The position numbers and the translations under genes are program-made. Positions 45,246 through 54,626 of a stretch of 64,000 nucleotides of DNA are shown piece by piece. The stretch's first letter is position 1. Each line of letters opens with the position of its first letter. Source of the stretch: a bacterium (GTDB taxonomy: Bacteria; Patescibacteriota; Patescibacteriia; SG8-24); NCBI GenBank assembly GCA_021824285.1, contig JAKAKZ010000004.1:225-64224 (forward strand), in the 5' to 3' direction. Below the pieces are notes generated by a model. That model ran no database searches. It saw nothing but the letters and a program-made list of their open reading frames with translations, and was not told the DNA's origin.

Positions 45246-45847
45246 ACGCCATCGGCTAACTTCATGACAAGTGCGGCATCCTGATAAAACAGCGAGGCAG
45301 TGCCGTCGGCCAGCGATTCGCGGCGCTGTGTCGTGACTGTGGCCTTGGCGATACCTCCGTCCTTATCGAACAGCTGAAACTGGACCGACAGGGCCCTGGT
45401 CGTGACGCCGTAGAATTCGGCGTTGACCGCCGACCGCTCCTTCTGCGCCGCCACGTAGGCGTCAGTCTTGGAAGCCAGTCCGGAAGTCATAAGCGGCTTC
45501 AGGTCGAGCAGGTTGGAGTAATCAGCAGTGTTCGAGAAACTGCCGTAACGTTCGACGAAAGCCATGGCCAGACGGCGGGCATCGGCCCGCTCGTCCACCG
45601 TAACGGCCGGCTGGGCCGGCTGCGGTTGGGGCTGCGGCTTGGGGGCAGGCGTGATATCCGTGACCGTGCCGCCGGCCGCGCCCCCGCTCGACGGCAAAGC
45701 CGCCGTACCGCCCTGTTCGGACGGTGCCGGCACGTTGACCGTTTCCGGAGCCTGTTGGGTCTGCCGCAAAAGCAGCAGCGCCAAAGCCGCCAGCAGCAGC
45801 AGGACGACGACGGCAATCCCGATTTTCTGACCGCGACTTAATGCCAT
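45200..45847 (-). CDS. membrane-anchored protein with PQPQPQP linker, possible VirB8/TcpC-like NTF2-fold periplasmic domain
   Basis: 215 aa with N-terminal TM (IGIAVVVLLLLAALALLLL). The VirB8-like assignment comes from position and topology only. It overlaps comF by 46 nt. Confidence 0.45.
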   Translation of the reverse strand: MALSRGQKIGIAVVVLLLLAALALLLLRQTQQAPETVNVPAPSEQGGTAALPSSGGAAGGTVTDITPAPKPQPQPQPAQPAVTVDERADARRLAMAFVERYGSFSNTADYSNLLDLKPLMTSGLASKTDAYVAAQKERSAVNAEFYGVTTRALSVQFQLFDKDGGIAKATVTTQRRESLADGTASLFYQDAALVMKLADGVWKTDSVDWGEKRNY

Positions 45848-45901
45848 ATGCGTACGCTCCGCCGCTTCTTACATCCGCTGCCGGTCGGCGTCAAATCAAG
45901 C

Positions 45902-47797
45902 TCAGGTCTTCATTTCCTTGGCCCGTTGGGCGGCCTCAAACTCCTTCTTGGCCTGCTCGATTTCCAGTAGCTGCTGCGGGTTCGTGGTGACGACCTGGTC
46001 CTCGGCATAGGAGGCCACGACCTTGATGGCCGCGTGCTTCATGCCGGCGAAGAATATGCCCTCGCCCACCCCGCCCTCAAGCAACAGGTATTTCTCCCCC
46101 TCGGTCAGCATGAAGGTCTTGGCGATGTTGTCGATAGCCGCCGGCGACTGCTTCAGAAGCAGCTGCATGGCGGAGTTGGTCACGATGGCCTGGCCGTAAG
46201 GCGAGCGCAGGAAGTCGTTGACGTCCTGGGTGATGGTCGTCACGCCGAGATAGTATTTGCGGCAGCGCTTCACGAGCGCGAAGATAAACTTGGCGGAGTC
46301 CTCGTGCTGCATGAGCCACCAGGCCTCATCAATCACCAGGATGCGTTTCTTGCGCTCGGAGCGGACCACGTTCCAGATGTAGTTGACGATGGCGTAGACC
46401 GCGAGCGGGCGCAGCTCGTCCTCCAGGTCACGGACCGAGAAGACGACGAGGAGGTTCTGCATGGCCACGGTGGTCGGCGAGTTGAACAGGCCGGAGAACG
46501 TGCCCTCGGTGAACTTCTTGAGCTTGATGACGATGTCCTTCGTGCCTTCCATTCCCTCCAGAACCTCAATGAAGTCCTGCATGATCGGCGGCTCGACGCG
46601 GGCCAGGTCGGCGTCCGGCGTGATGTCCTTCTTGGCGTAGGTTTCGAGCAGGGCGCGGTCCAGCACGGAGTCCTCTTGCGGCGTGATCGTGCCGAGCATG
46701 ATGCGCAGCAGGCCCTTTACCGTGATGACCGCGCTGCGGATGATATCCTCGACCGAAACCTCCTCCCCCACCGGCCGCGGCAGGTCGAACGGGTTGATCT
46801 TGGCGTCGGAGGCCAACGAGATGTTGATGTAGGTCCCGCCGACCGCGTCGGACAGGTGTTTGTATTCCATTTCCGGGTCGATGACGATGACCTCGGTGCC
46901 CATCATGAGCGAGCGCAGGATCTCCAGCTTCACGGTGTAGGATTTGCCCGCGCCGGAAGTGGCGAACACGATATAATTCGCGTTCTGCATGGAGAACCGG
47001 TCGAACAGGATCAGACTGTTGTTGTGGCGGTTGATGCCGAAAAGGATGCCGTTGTCCGAGGTCAGGTCCGCCGAGATGAACGGAAACGAGGAGGCGCACG
47101 GCGACGAGTTCATGTTGTAGGTGATCATGAGCTCGTCGTTGCCGAGCGGAATCGTGGAATTGAATCCCTGCTCCGCGGTGTAGAAAACGCGCTTGGTGTA
47201 GATCAGCTTGCCGCCGAAAATGGACTCAACGTCCTCGCTCAGCTTGTCGAGGGCCTTCTTGTCCTTGGCGTAGACCGTGACGTAGAGGGCAAACTGGAAG
47301 AAGTGCTCCGTGCCCTGGGTCAGGCTGTCGCGGAGGTCCTCGACGTCGCGCAGGGCCTGCTCGGAAATCGGGTCGCGCGGCTTGCCCTTCTCGGCATCTG
47401 AAAGGATGGTCGCCTCGAGCACGCCGGCTTTCTTCTTGAGCTGTTTCAGGATGACGGGCGCCTTCACCGGATAGAAGAACATGGCCACGTCCAGCGGGTA
47501 GTTCATGTTAATCACCGGCGAGAACCAGCCCAGCGAGATGTAGCGGGGATATGTGACCACGAAGATGGTGCGCAGGAAGGTCTCGCCGAGCTGGACGAGC
47601 GTCGGGTCGACTTTCATGCCCGCCGGCGCGATGAGGTCACGAATGGAGACGACGCCCTTGCGGTAGACGCGCTCCTCCTCCAGGAGCTCGCGCTCGCGCG
47701 AGATCTTTTCGGTCTCCTGCCGCTTCTTCACCTCTGCCGCCGTGTCCTTCTTCGGAGGCGGCGCGACAGCTCCTAATTGTGCGGGATTGAAGGCCAT
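45902..47797 (-). CDS. virB4: VirB4/TrbE-family T4SS ATPase, C-terminal 631 aa (Gram-positive PrgJ/TcpF type)
   Basis: Walker A FATSGAGKSYTV, Walker B RILVIDEAWWLM, and the conserved GETFLRTIFVVTYPRYI block. Confidence 0.85.
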   Translation of the reverse strand: MAFNPAQLGAVAPPPKKDTAAEVKKRQETEKISRERELLEEERVYRKGVVSIRDLIAPAGMKVDPTLVQLGETFLRTIFVVTYPRYISLGWFSPVINMNYPLDVAMFFYPVKAPVILKQLKKKAGVLEATILSDAEKGKPRDPISEQALRDVEDLRDSLTQGTEHFFQFALYVTVYAKDKKALDKLSEDVESIFGGKLIYTKRVFYTAEQGFNSTIPLGNDELMITYNMNSSPCASSFPFISADLTSDNGILFGINRHNNSLILFDRFSMQNANYIVFATSGAGKSYTVKLEILRSLMMGTEVIVIDPEMEYKHLSDAVGGTYINISLASDAKINPFDLPRPVGEEVSVEDIIRSAVITVKGLLRIMLGTITPQEDSVLDRALLETYAKKDITPDADLARVEPPIMQDFIEVLEGMEGTKDIVIKLKKFTEGTFSGLFNSPTTVAMQNLLVVFSVRDLEDELRPLAVYAIVNYIWNVVRSERKKRILVIDEAWWLMQHEDSAKFIFALVKRCRKYYLGVTTITQDVNDFLRSPYGQAIVTNSAMQLLLKQSPAAIDNIAKTFMLTEGEKYLLLEGGVGEGIFFAGMKHAAIKVVASYAEDQVVTTNPQQLLEIEQAKKEFEAAQRAKEMKT

Positions 47798-47800
47798 ACG

Positions 47801-48502
47801 TCAGATTTCGGTACCGGAATCGGTGACCCGGAGCTTGCCGGGGTCCTGGATCTTCTGCGTGTCGTAGGAATCAGGATTGTAGACGCGGTAATACAGCTCG
47901 ATGAGGCCCTGGGTGTCGAGCGTCACGGCCGACAGGCCCATGCTGCGGAGCGAGCCGACCATGCGGTCGGCGCGGGTCATGAGATCGCCGCGCTGGCGCT
48001 GGAAGCGCTCCTCGGCCAGACGCACCGCGGCGCCGGGCATGAAAGCGGCCTGCAGGCGCTCGAAGAAGCTCTTCTGCCGGTCGGAAAGCGGATTGTACTG
48101 CACGACGACGAAAAACTGCTTCTGCATGATCTGGCCGAGCGACACGAGTTCCTGCACGAAGGCGCGATAGTCGGCGATCTGCACCTTGAGCAGCTCGTTG
48201 GACTGGGACTTTTCCTGCTCGCGCAGGCGATCAATGTACTTGTCGATGTTCAGGCGCCGCGACTGCACGACAATCTGCAGCGGAAACTCCAGCGAGTTCA
48301 GAAAGGCGACGTACTGCGCGATGATGGCGTTCTGCTCGTCTTCCGACTTGAGCGCAAAATTAATGGAGGACACGAGCATCACGGCGCGCATGGTACCGTC
48401 CTTGAGCACCACCACGCCCTCCTTGATTTCGGCGATGTCCAAGTAGCGCTGGGTGGCAGCGCCCGGTTTCGTGCCGGCAAGTTGCGGTGACTGCATGTCC
48501 AT
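47801..48502 (-). CDS. VirB4 N-terminal region (233 aa), in the same reading frame as the ATPase ORF and separated from it only by TGA plus one codon
   Basis: The block KDGTMRAVMLVSSINFALKSEDEQNAIIAQYVAFLNSLEFPLQIVVQ resembles the N-terminus of Gram-positive conjugative VirB4 ATPases. The stop at 47801-47803 is in frame with the ATG at 47795-47797. Confidence 0.55.
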   Translation of the reverse strand: MDMQSPQLAGTKPGAATQRYLDIAEIKEGVVVLKDGTMRAVMLVSSINFALKSEDEQNAIIAQYVAFLNSLEFPLQIVVQSRRLNIDKYIDRLREQEKSQSNELLKVQIADYRAFVQELVSLGQIMQKQFFVVVQYNPLSDRQKSFFERLQAAFMPGAAVRLAEERFQRQRGDLMTRADRMVGSLRSMGLSAVTLDTQGLIELYYRVYNPDSYDTQKIQDPGKLRVTDSGTEI

Positions 48503-48503
48503 A

Positions 48504-48929
48504 TCACTCTTCGGGGTTGAACACGCCGCCGGTGTTTACGACGAGCGACAGCTCGGCGAGTTTGGACGCGGCCAGGGCCTCCTTCACGATCTTGGGCTTG
48601 GGCGGCGGCGGTGGTGTCTCGCGGACGAAAGCCAGGACTTCGGCGTCGGTCGGTTCCTTATTCCAGACGCGCAATCCGGGCCGACGCGTGGTGAGAATCA
48701 GGTTGAGGACGAAATAATGGAAGGCCTGGCCGTTAATGCGCGTGAAGGCGAAAACGCTGAAGAGTATGAAGGTCGGGATACCGACGAGCAGGAACAGCGC
48801 GAAATCGAACATCTTGTAATACGCGAACTCCAGGCCCAGCATGGCCAATTCAATAAGGAACTGACGGGCCGTCAGCGGACCAAGAATCTTGTCCTCGGTA
48901 TCGATGAATTGGGGAACGGCGTATTTCAT
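48504..48929 (-). CDS. VirB3/PrgI/TcpE-like small 2-TM protein
   Basis: 141 aa with two adjacent TM helices after EDKILGPLTARQFL and a Pro-rich tail. It sits immediately upstream of VirB4, as in Gram-positive T4SS operons. Confidence 0.4.
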   Translation of the reverse strand: MKYAVPQFIDTEDKILGPLTARQFLIELAMLGLEFAYYKMFDFALFLLVGIPTFILFSVFAFTRINGQAFHYFVLNLILTTRRPGLRVWNKEPTDAEVLAFVRETPPPPPKPKIVKEALAASKLAELSLVVNTGGVFNPEE

Positions 48930-49052
48930 CGGCTGGTCTCTACCTTACGTACATTTTTAACGCACAAAACCACGGCTATGAGGACCGTTTTAGCCTATTT
49001 TTAGGTTTATTTTAGGCTAATCAAGTATACCACGACCGGGGTGTGGACATCA

Positions 49053-51110
49053 TCAGCCGAAACGGAGCGTCCGATTCAGGGTCATGATGGCATCGAACTG
49101 CGGTTTGCTGAGGTTGGGCTGCTTGGCGGCCTCGCGCGCGGCAATCACATCCAGCACCGGCTTGCCCTCGAGACTGGCGCGAAGCAGCTCCAGATACAGA
49201 CGGTTGACTTCGGACTCGTGCCAGGCCTTTATCCCCTGCTGTTTTACCTCAAAGCCCTGATCCTCGAGCAAGTCGATCTTATCCTTGATCTTGAGCGTGG
49301 CCTCCGTCGGTTCCTTGGAGAGCCGGATGAAGTCCGCAAGCGTCATGGAGCGAAGTTCCTCGACCGGACCGGTGAGGCGCGGGGCCGCGATGATGTCGGC
49401 AACTATCGGTTTCTGCGTGGCGACTGGCTGGACCGGCGGTGCGGGCGGGCGCTGGGGCACGGAAACATAGCCCGGACCAGAAACGTGGGGCGCGGACGGT
49501 CCGCTCGTCGGCAGGTTCATCGGCGGCGCGGCCGTGGCGGTCGGCGGTTGCGGCGGTTCCGGCCTGGGGGCGGACGGCGGAGCCGGCTTGGCCGGCGGCG
49601 CTGGCGGCACAGCTGGCTTTGGCGCCGGCGGCGGCGTCAGAGGTGCGCTCGGCGGAACTGGAGGCTTCGGGGCCGCGGGGGCGGCGGTCGGAGCCGATTG
49701 GCCCACGGACGGTTGCTTCATGGCCGGGCCGGTGAGGTCCGGCAAGACCGGCTCTGGTTTCGGCGGCGGTGCGGCCGGGACGGCAGGACGCGGCGGAGCT
49801 GCCGCAGCGACAGCGGCTGACGGAGCTGCGGGCCTGGGGGCCGCGACAACCGGTACGGTGACCGGTGCGGAGGGAGCTTTCGGTGCCGGAGTCGGTGCGC
49901 TCCCCGGCGGCATCTGGATACCGGAACGCTGGACCAGATCCTGGTAGCGACGGTCTAGATCCTGCTTCTCCAGACGCTCGGTGCGCTCCTGCTGGAGCAG
50001 ATGGCGGCGCGCCTGTTCGGCTACGAATTTCTCCTTGTCCGCCGCGACCTGGCCGACGGCCTGCGACAGGAACTGCTGGCGCAGCGGCTTAAGCGCGGTC
50101 ATGACGCGGTCGGCGTCTGCCTCGGATAGGCCCAAGCCGCCAGTGGCGACCTGCGAAGTAAGTTTGGATTTCGTCTCCAGCGCGTCGCGCAGGTCGCGCA
50201 GATAAAGCGCGGATGCCATGCGAAAACGGTTGAGCGACTCTGGCGTCGGGCTTGGCAAGGCGGCCGCCTGCACGGCCCGTTCGACGAAGAAATCGAGGTC
50301 GCCGGCCGGCTCGGCGGCAGGCTCCATCGTCCTGCGCAAGGCCTCAACCTCCTTGATGTCCTCGACCTGGACTGTTTCGAAGGTGGGGACAGTGGGGAGG
50401 TTTGGAGGTTTGGAGGTTTGGAGGTTTGGAGTGGCCGTCGGCGCTTCCGCAATCGGAGGGATGACGACGGGTTTCGGTTTTTCGGCGGCCAGCACCTCAT
50501 CGGGAACGACGACGATCGCCCTCGCCTCAAGCGCCTTCATCTCCTCTTCCGCAGCCGCGACAACAAGCGCGGCCTCATCGCCGTTCAAACCAACGCCCGA
50601 CGTCTTCGCCGGACCCATGAGCGTCTCCGCCAGCTGTTCCACCTTGCGGCCGCCGAGGGCCACGGAGGCCAGAACCTTATCAAGGCGGCGGTCCAGGATG
50701 TCGTCGGAAACGACCACGCCGGACTTGCGGCGGATGACCGCGACGACGTCCGATGCCGCGACCTTCTTTTTGAAGATGTTAGGGTCGCCGCCTTCCTGCA
50801 GGATGAGAGCGGGGATGTCGGAATTCAGCCAATCCGCGATGTCCTGAAAATCATAGCCGAGTATCTTTTGGGCCACGTCAGGATAGCGGCCGTTCCCCTT
50901 GAGCAGGTCGCGCAGGAAGGCGAGGAAGGAGGACGGGGTAGTGACGCGGAAATAAACGTCAAACAGGGCCTCGGCGACGGCGAAGCGCTGACCCTCGTCG
51001 ATCAGCGGGAAAATTTCCTCGGCGTACCGCTCAGCCAACTGGGCGTCGAAAATGTGCGCCCGAACCTGGTCGGGCAGGCCACGGAGCTGTTCAAGTGAGT
51101 ATTTCGGCAT
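49053..51110 (-). CDS. hypothetical 685-aa protein with central Pro/Ala-rich low-complexity region
   Basis: No TM. Globular N- and C-terminal regions. It contains an in-frame copy of the family-B repeat encoding PNLQTSKPPNLP. Confidence 0.6.
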   Translation of the reverse strand: MPKYSLEQLRGLPDQVRAHIFDAQLAERYAEEIFPLIDEGQRFAVAEALFDVYFRVTTPSSFLAFLRDLLKGNGRYPDVAQKILGYDFQDIADWLNSDIPALILQEGGDPNIFKKKVAASDVVAVIRRKSGVVVSDDILDRRLDKVLASVALGGRKVEQLAETLMGPAKTSGVGLNGDEAALVVAAAEEEMKALEARAIVVVPDEVLAAEKPKPVVIPPIAEAPTATPNLQTSKPPNLPTVPTFETVQVEDIKEVEALRRTMEPAAEPAGDLDFFVERAVQAAALPSPTPESLNRFRMASALYLRDLRDALETKSKLTSQVATGGLGLSEADADRVMTALKPLRQQFLSQAVGQVAADKEKFVAEQARRHLLQQERTERLEKQDLDRRYQDLVQRSGIQMPPGSAPTPAPKAPSAPVTVPVVAAPRPAAPSAAVAAAAPPRPAVPAAPPPKPEPVLPDLTGPAMKQPSVGQSAPTAAPAAPKPPVPPSAPLTPPPAPKPAVPPAPPAKPAPPSAPRPEPPQPPTATAAPPMNLPTSGPSAPHVSGPGYVSVPQRPPAPPVQPVATQKPIVADIIAAPRLTGPVEELRSMTLADFIRLSKEPTEATLKIKDKIDLLEDQGFEVKQQGIKAWHESEVNRLYLELLRASLEGKPVLDVIAAREAAKQPNLSKPQFDAIMTLNRTLRFG
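50394..50423. repeat. family-B repeat unit (ggaggtttggag x3) embedded in frame inside the CDS
   Basis: Same unit as the intergenic 27831-27913 element. Confidence 0.5.
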
Positions 51111-51135
51111 GATATATGGCCGTTAGACCATGGTC

Positions 51136-54100
51136 CTAGCGACCGAGCTTCCGTTCGATGGCGTCGAGCAGGCGGGTGACTTGGGACTTGTCCGATTGGG
51201 ATGAATCCTTGAGCTTGTCGACCAGACCCTCGAGCGCCGAGGTCTGATCAGCGCCGGCATCGTTGATCGCCTCAATCAGCTTGTCGAAATTCTCGGGGGT
51301 GGGCCGGACACTGACATCATCCAGCGCATCTTTCACGGCTCCAGAAACGGATTCGGCGACGCCGGAGAAGGCCCGCTCGATCTCCTTCTTGTCGATCCAG
51401 TCGCGGCCGCCGCGACCGCCCGACGAATCAGAACCGTAGGACCTTGGCGCTTCCGTCGGCCGGGCACCCGGACCGCCCATCTCTTTGAGCCGCGCGCTGG
51501 CGGCCTTCAGGTCTTCAGTGGCTTGCCGCAAGGCTTCGGTTAGTGCTTCTAGTGTCTGCGGATTGGCACCGCCAGTCTTGGCTTTGTCATATTCCTGCTG
51601 GGCCTGCTGGGCCTTATCACCGGCCTTCTTCACCACATCCTGCTGCATACCCGCCTCGGTGGCGTCGAACTTGGGCATCTTGTAGCCGCGCCGGGCAAGA
51701 ATCTCCTCGATCTTTCCGATATTGTCGGCGGCTTCCTGACGCTCCTTATCGATCCGTTCCAGATCGCGTTTCTTCTGAAGTTCACCGCCGTTATAGTCGA
51801 AACTCGGCGTCGCCTGGATGCTGTCGCGCTCCGCGCCGAGCGAGAGGACTTTCGACTTCGCCTCGTCAGCATTCTTGAAGGCGTCCTGCGTTTCGCGCTC
51901 GACGCGCTTACGGTCCTTGACCCCGGACTCCCCGCCTTTCTCGGACACGATCTGCATCACCGGATTATTGATGGAGCGGCTCAAGTCGCGGTTGGCCTCG
52001 GCCCAGCCGCCTTTGATGGCGTCGGTTACCGCTTTGAGAAGCGCCGACTCGTTGGCCGATGCGGTGCCGCTCGCGGACTTCTCGGCCAAGCCGAGCAGGG
52101 CACCGCCTTTCATGCCGTCGATCAGCGCCTGCATGGCCTCCGTCGGCTCCCCGTCCTTGGTCAAGGACGATGCGTCAATCTTGGAAAGGGCCTCCGGGCC
52201 GTTGGACTTCACGAATTCCTGAAACGCAGCCTTGCCGAATTCGCTGCCGAACTGGCCTCCGGCGCCAAGGTCGAAGGCCTTGGCCGCACCGGCGGCATCT
52301 TCAGCCGTGCGGGCCACGGCCTGCCGCGCGTGCAGCGATTCCTCGGGGTGCTCGGCTATGTACTTCTCGTTCTCCTCGCGGTAGGCCTTTTTCTGCTTGC
52401 CTTCCAGCTTGGATTCGACGCGGTCGGCGTCATCCCGGAGGGCCACGTCATTGGCGTATTTGCGGATCTGCGCCTCGGTAAAGTCCTTGGGCTGCTGTTT
52501 GCCCTCACGCACCTCGCGGGCCATCTTGGAAGAGAGCTCCTGCAGCTTGTCCTCGAGAGTCTCCCCTTCTTTCAGGGCTGCCGGATCAAACGCCTCATCC
52601 GGGAAGTTCTTCTTGGCTGCCTCAACCGCGTCATCGACGGTTTTCTTGTCGGCGCCAGCTTCCTTCATGCGGCGGATGACCTCATGCGCGCCGCCGGCGT
52701 CATGGACTTTGGCGTTGCGCTTCTCCAGGGCCTGCTTGAGCGCGGCCACGCGTTCCACCTCGGTGAATTCCGCGGCGCGGCCGGTGAGGATGGCCTCGAT
52801 GCTGTCTTTGCTGAGCTCCTTCTGGGCCTTGGCGTAGATGCCGGCCTGACCTTCCTTGCCGGTCTGCTGAAGCTGACGACCGATGCGCCGGCCTTCAGCT
52901 GCGGCCTCTTGGCCGGATTTCACGATGCCGGCGCCGAGACGGCCGCCGGTGACGCCCTGGACAGCGCGGCCGGCTGCCTGACGCAGGCCGCCACGGAGCA
53001 ACGGCGTGACCCCCTCGCGGGCCTTACCGATTTTCTCGGTGTACTGCGCCGTAGTCAGGGCGATGCGCTCCTTGTAGCGGTCATCGCCGGCCTTCATCAT
53101 GGCGCCGACGGCACCGCGCGCGCCTTCCACGCGCTGACGCAGACCGGTCCGCTTGTATATCGCGCCGAGGGCTCCGCCGACGACGGCACCAGGCGCGAGC
53201 TTCTTGGCCCCCGGCAGGCCGCCGCCGAAGCCGCCGCCGCTAAGCTGCTGCGCGAAATCCACGCCCAGATACATGATGGCCAGCGCCATGATGAAACTGA
53301 GCAACGAATCCATTTTCATGAAGTTCGTCCGGAAGACAGCGTCCGCTCCCGATTCCGCATTGAACTGCAGCTGCTTGACGGTGGCCAACGACAGCCAGAG
53401 GAAAAAAGCCAGCACCGGACCGGTGAGGATCTGGGACTGGAGGTTGGACCACCACTTGCCATAGTAGGACTGCGTAGCCTTGAAGGGCATGCCGCGCATG
53501 GCGAAGGCCAGAGGCGAAAAGATGACCACGCCCCAAAGAACGACGATGCGCTTGAGGATGAAGAGCGTCATGATGAGGATGACGCCGCAGGCCGCGAGCA
53601 GGAACAGGCAGGTCGCGAAATAGGTCAGGAACATCGTAAAGGTAGTCTGGGCAGCGGAGAGAGTCAGTCCGGTGCTGTCCGGGCTCATGACGTTCATCTG
53701 CGTGGTGTTCAGCGACGTGATGAGGTTCTGTGCGGCCGCGCCCTTGAAGCCGTTCACGAAAGTCAGCATGACCACCTGACCGATATCGATCAGCACACCG
53801 ACGAAAGTCCGCGAAAAATTCACGAGAATCGCCATGATCAGCAGACGCGAGAGCTTCTTCCCCTTATAGCTGTATTCGTCCATGCCGAGAATCGTCGCGA
53901 ATGCCATCACAAGCATGCTGACCACGATGAGCATGTTGGCCATGTCACGCACGACGAGCCAGCCGGCGGTGACGACGGGATTGTTCACGAAGCTGTTGTA
54001 CTGGATGAAGAAAATCAGCAGTTCGATAAGCAGCGACAGGATCTGGCCGATGGCGAAGGCCAAGGCCTCGAAAACCCAGTAGATGAAGCTCTGGATGAAA

Positions 54101-54384
54101 CCCTGCTCTGTCTGCGCCGGCGGCTTTTTTTCATCGGCGGCGGTATTCGAGGCCGGGGGTGTCGTGGCCGATCCTTGACCTGATCCGCCAGCGGTCTGTG
54201 CGAGCTGGACCGTGCGCACCGCGGACAGGTGGTTCCCGGCGGCCAGTGCCGGACGGGCAAAGTGCGGCAGGACCGAAATCAAAACGCCAAAAACCGCCAC
54301 AGCGGCGATCATCCGCAATGCAGCGTGGCCCGAGGCGCGATGCCGGTTCTGATGGCGCGTGGCTTCGGGTTGGAAAAACAGCAT
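51136..54384 (-). CDS. VirB6/TrbL-like polytopic membrane protein with about 650-aa charged coiled-coil C-terminal extension
   Basis: 1082 aa. The N-terminal 420 aa carry a signal-like segment plus 7-8 TM helices in the TrbL/VirB6 pattern. The C-terminal half is Lys/Glu/Ala-rich. Confidence 0.6.
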   Translation of the reverse strand: MLFFQPEATRHQNRHRASGHAALRMIAAVAVFGVLISVLPHFARPALAAGNHLSAVRTVQLAQTAGGSGQGSATTPPASNTAADEKKPPAQTEQGFIQSFIYWVFEALAFAIGQILSLLIELLIFFIQYNSFVNNPVVTAGWLVVRDMANMLIVVSMLVMAFATILGMDEYSYKGKKLSRLLIMAILVNFSRTFVGVLIDIGQVVMLTFVNGFKGAAAQNLITSLNTTQMNVMSPDSTGLTLSAAQTTFTMFLTYFATCLFLLAACGVILIMTLFILKRIVVLWGVVIFSPLAFAMRGMPFKATQSYYGKWWSNLQSQILTGPVLAFFLWLSLATVKQLQFNAESGADAVFRTNFMKMDSLLSFIMALAIMYLGVDFAQQLSGGGFGGGLPGAKKLAPGAVVGGALGAIYKRTGLRQRVEGARGAVGAMMKAGDDRYKERIALTTAQYTEKIGKAREGVTPLLRGGLRQAAGRAVQGVTGGRLGAGIVKSGQEAAAEGRRIGRQLQQTGKEGQAGIYAKAQKELSKDSIEAILTGRAAEFTEVERVAALKQALEKRNAKVHDAGGAHEVIRRMKEAGADKKTVDDAVEAAKKNFPDEAFDPAALKEGETLEDKLQELSSKMAREVREGKQQPKDFTEAQIRKYANDVALRDDADRVESKLEGKQKKAYREENEKYIAEHPEESLHARQAVARTAEDAAGAAKAFDLGAGGQFGSEFGKAAFQEFVKSNGPEALSKIDASSLTKDGEPTEAMQALIDGMKGGALLGLAEKSASGTASANESALLKAVTDAIKGGWAEANRDLSRSINNPVMQIVSEKGGESGVKDRKRVERETQDAFKNADEAKSKVLSLGAERDSIQATPSFDYNGGELQKKRDLERIDKERQEAADNIGKIEEILARRGYKMPKFDATEAGMQQDVVKKAGDKAQQAQQEYDKAKTGGANPQTLEALTEALRQATEDLKAASARLKEMGGPGARPTEAPRSYGSDSSGGRGGRDWIDKKEIERAFSGVAESVSGAVKDALDDVSVRPTPENFDKLIEAINDAGADQTSALEGLVDKLKDSSQSDKSQVTRLLDAIERKLGR

Positions 54385-54540
54385 GTTTCAGGTTAATTAC
54401 GGCTAATGCGCCGAACTTGCGGCGACGCCGTTTCCTCTCCCTATATCATATCACGAATAAGCTCGGCTGCGGAGAAGAGATGTATACCTAATTTTAGGCC
54501 AATTTCAGGGGGTAATAGAGCGTCAAACACTTATCCACAC

Positions 54541-54578
54541 GGGGACTGTCCCTTTTGCGGCAAAAAGGGACTGTCCCC
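54541..54578. promoter_or_regulatory. two copies of the GGGGACTGTCCC palindrome arranged as cccTTTTgcggcAAAAAggg, upstream of the VirB6-like gene
   Basis: 54541-54552 and 54567-54578. The same 12-mer occurs at 41560-41571 upstream of recG. Confidence 0.4.
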
Positions 54579-54587
54579 TAACTGAAA

Positions 54588-54615
54588 CCGCCGTCCTTAT
54601 CTGGACGGCGGTTTT
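54588..54615. terminator. strong hairpin ccgccgtcc-ttatct-ggacggcgg followed by ttttctt, directly after the giant gene stop
   Basis: The T-tract is better on the plus strand than on the minus strand. Confidence 0.5.
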
Positions 54616-54626
54616 CTTGGTGCTTA

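Noticed and set aside
45902-48502. UGA reassigned as a sense codon (Gly/Trp code) to explain the in-frame TGA in VirB4
   Set aside because: rlmN and other conserved genes terminate normally at TGA, conserved genes show no internal TGAs, and the high GC content is unlike known code-25 lineages. A lesion, read-through or a genuinely split gene is more likely.
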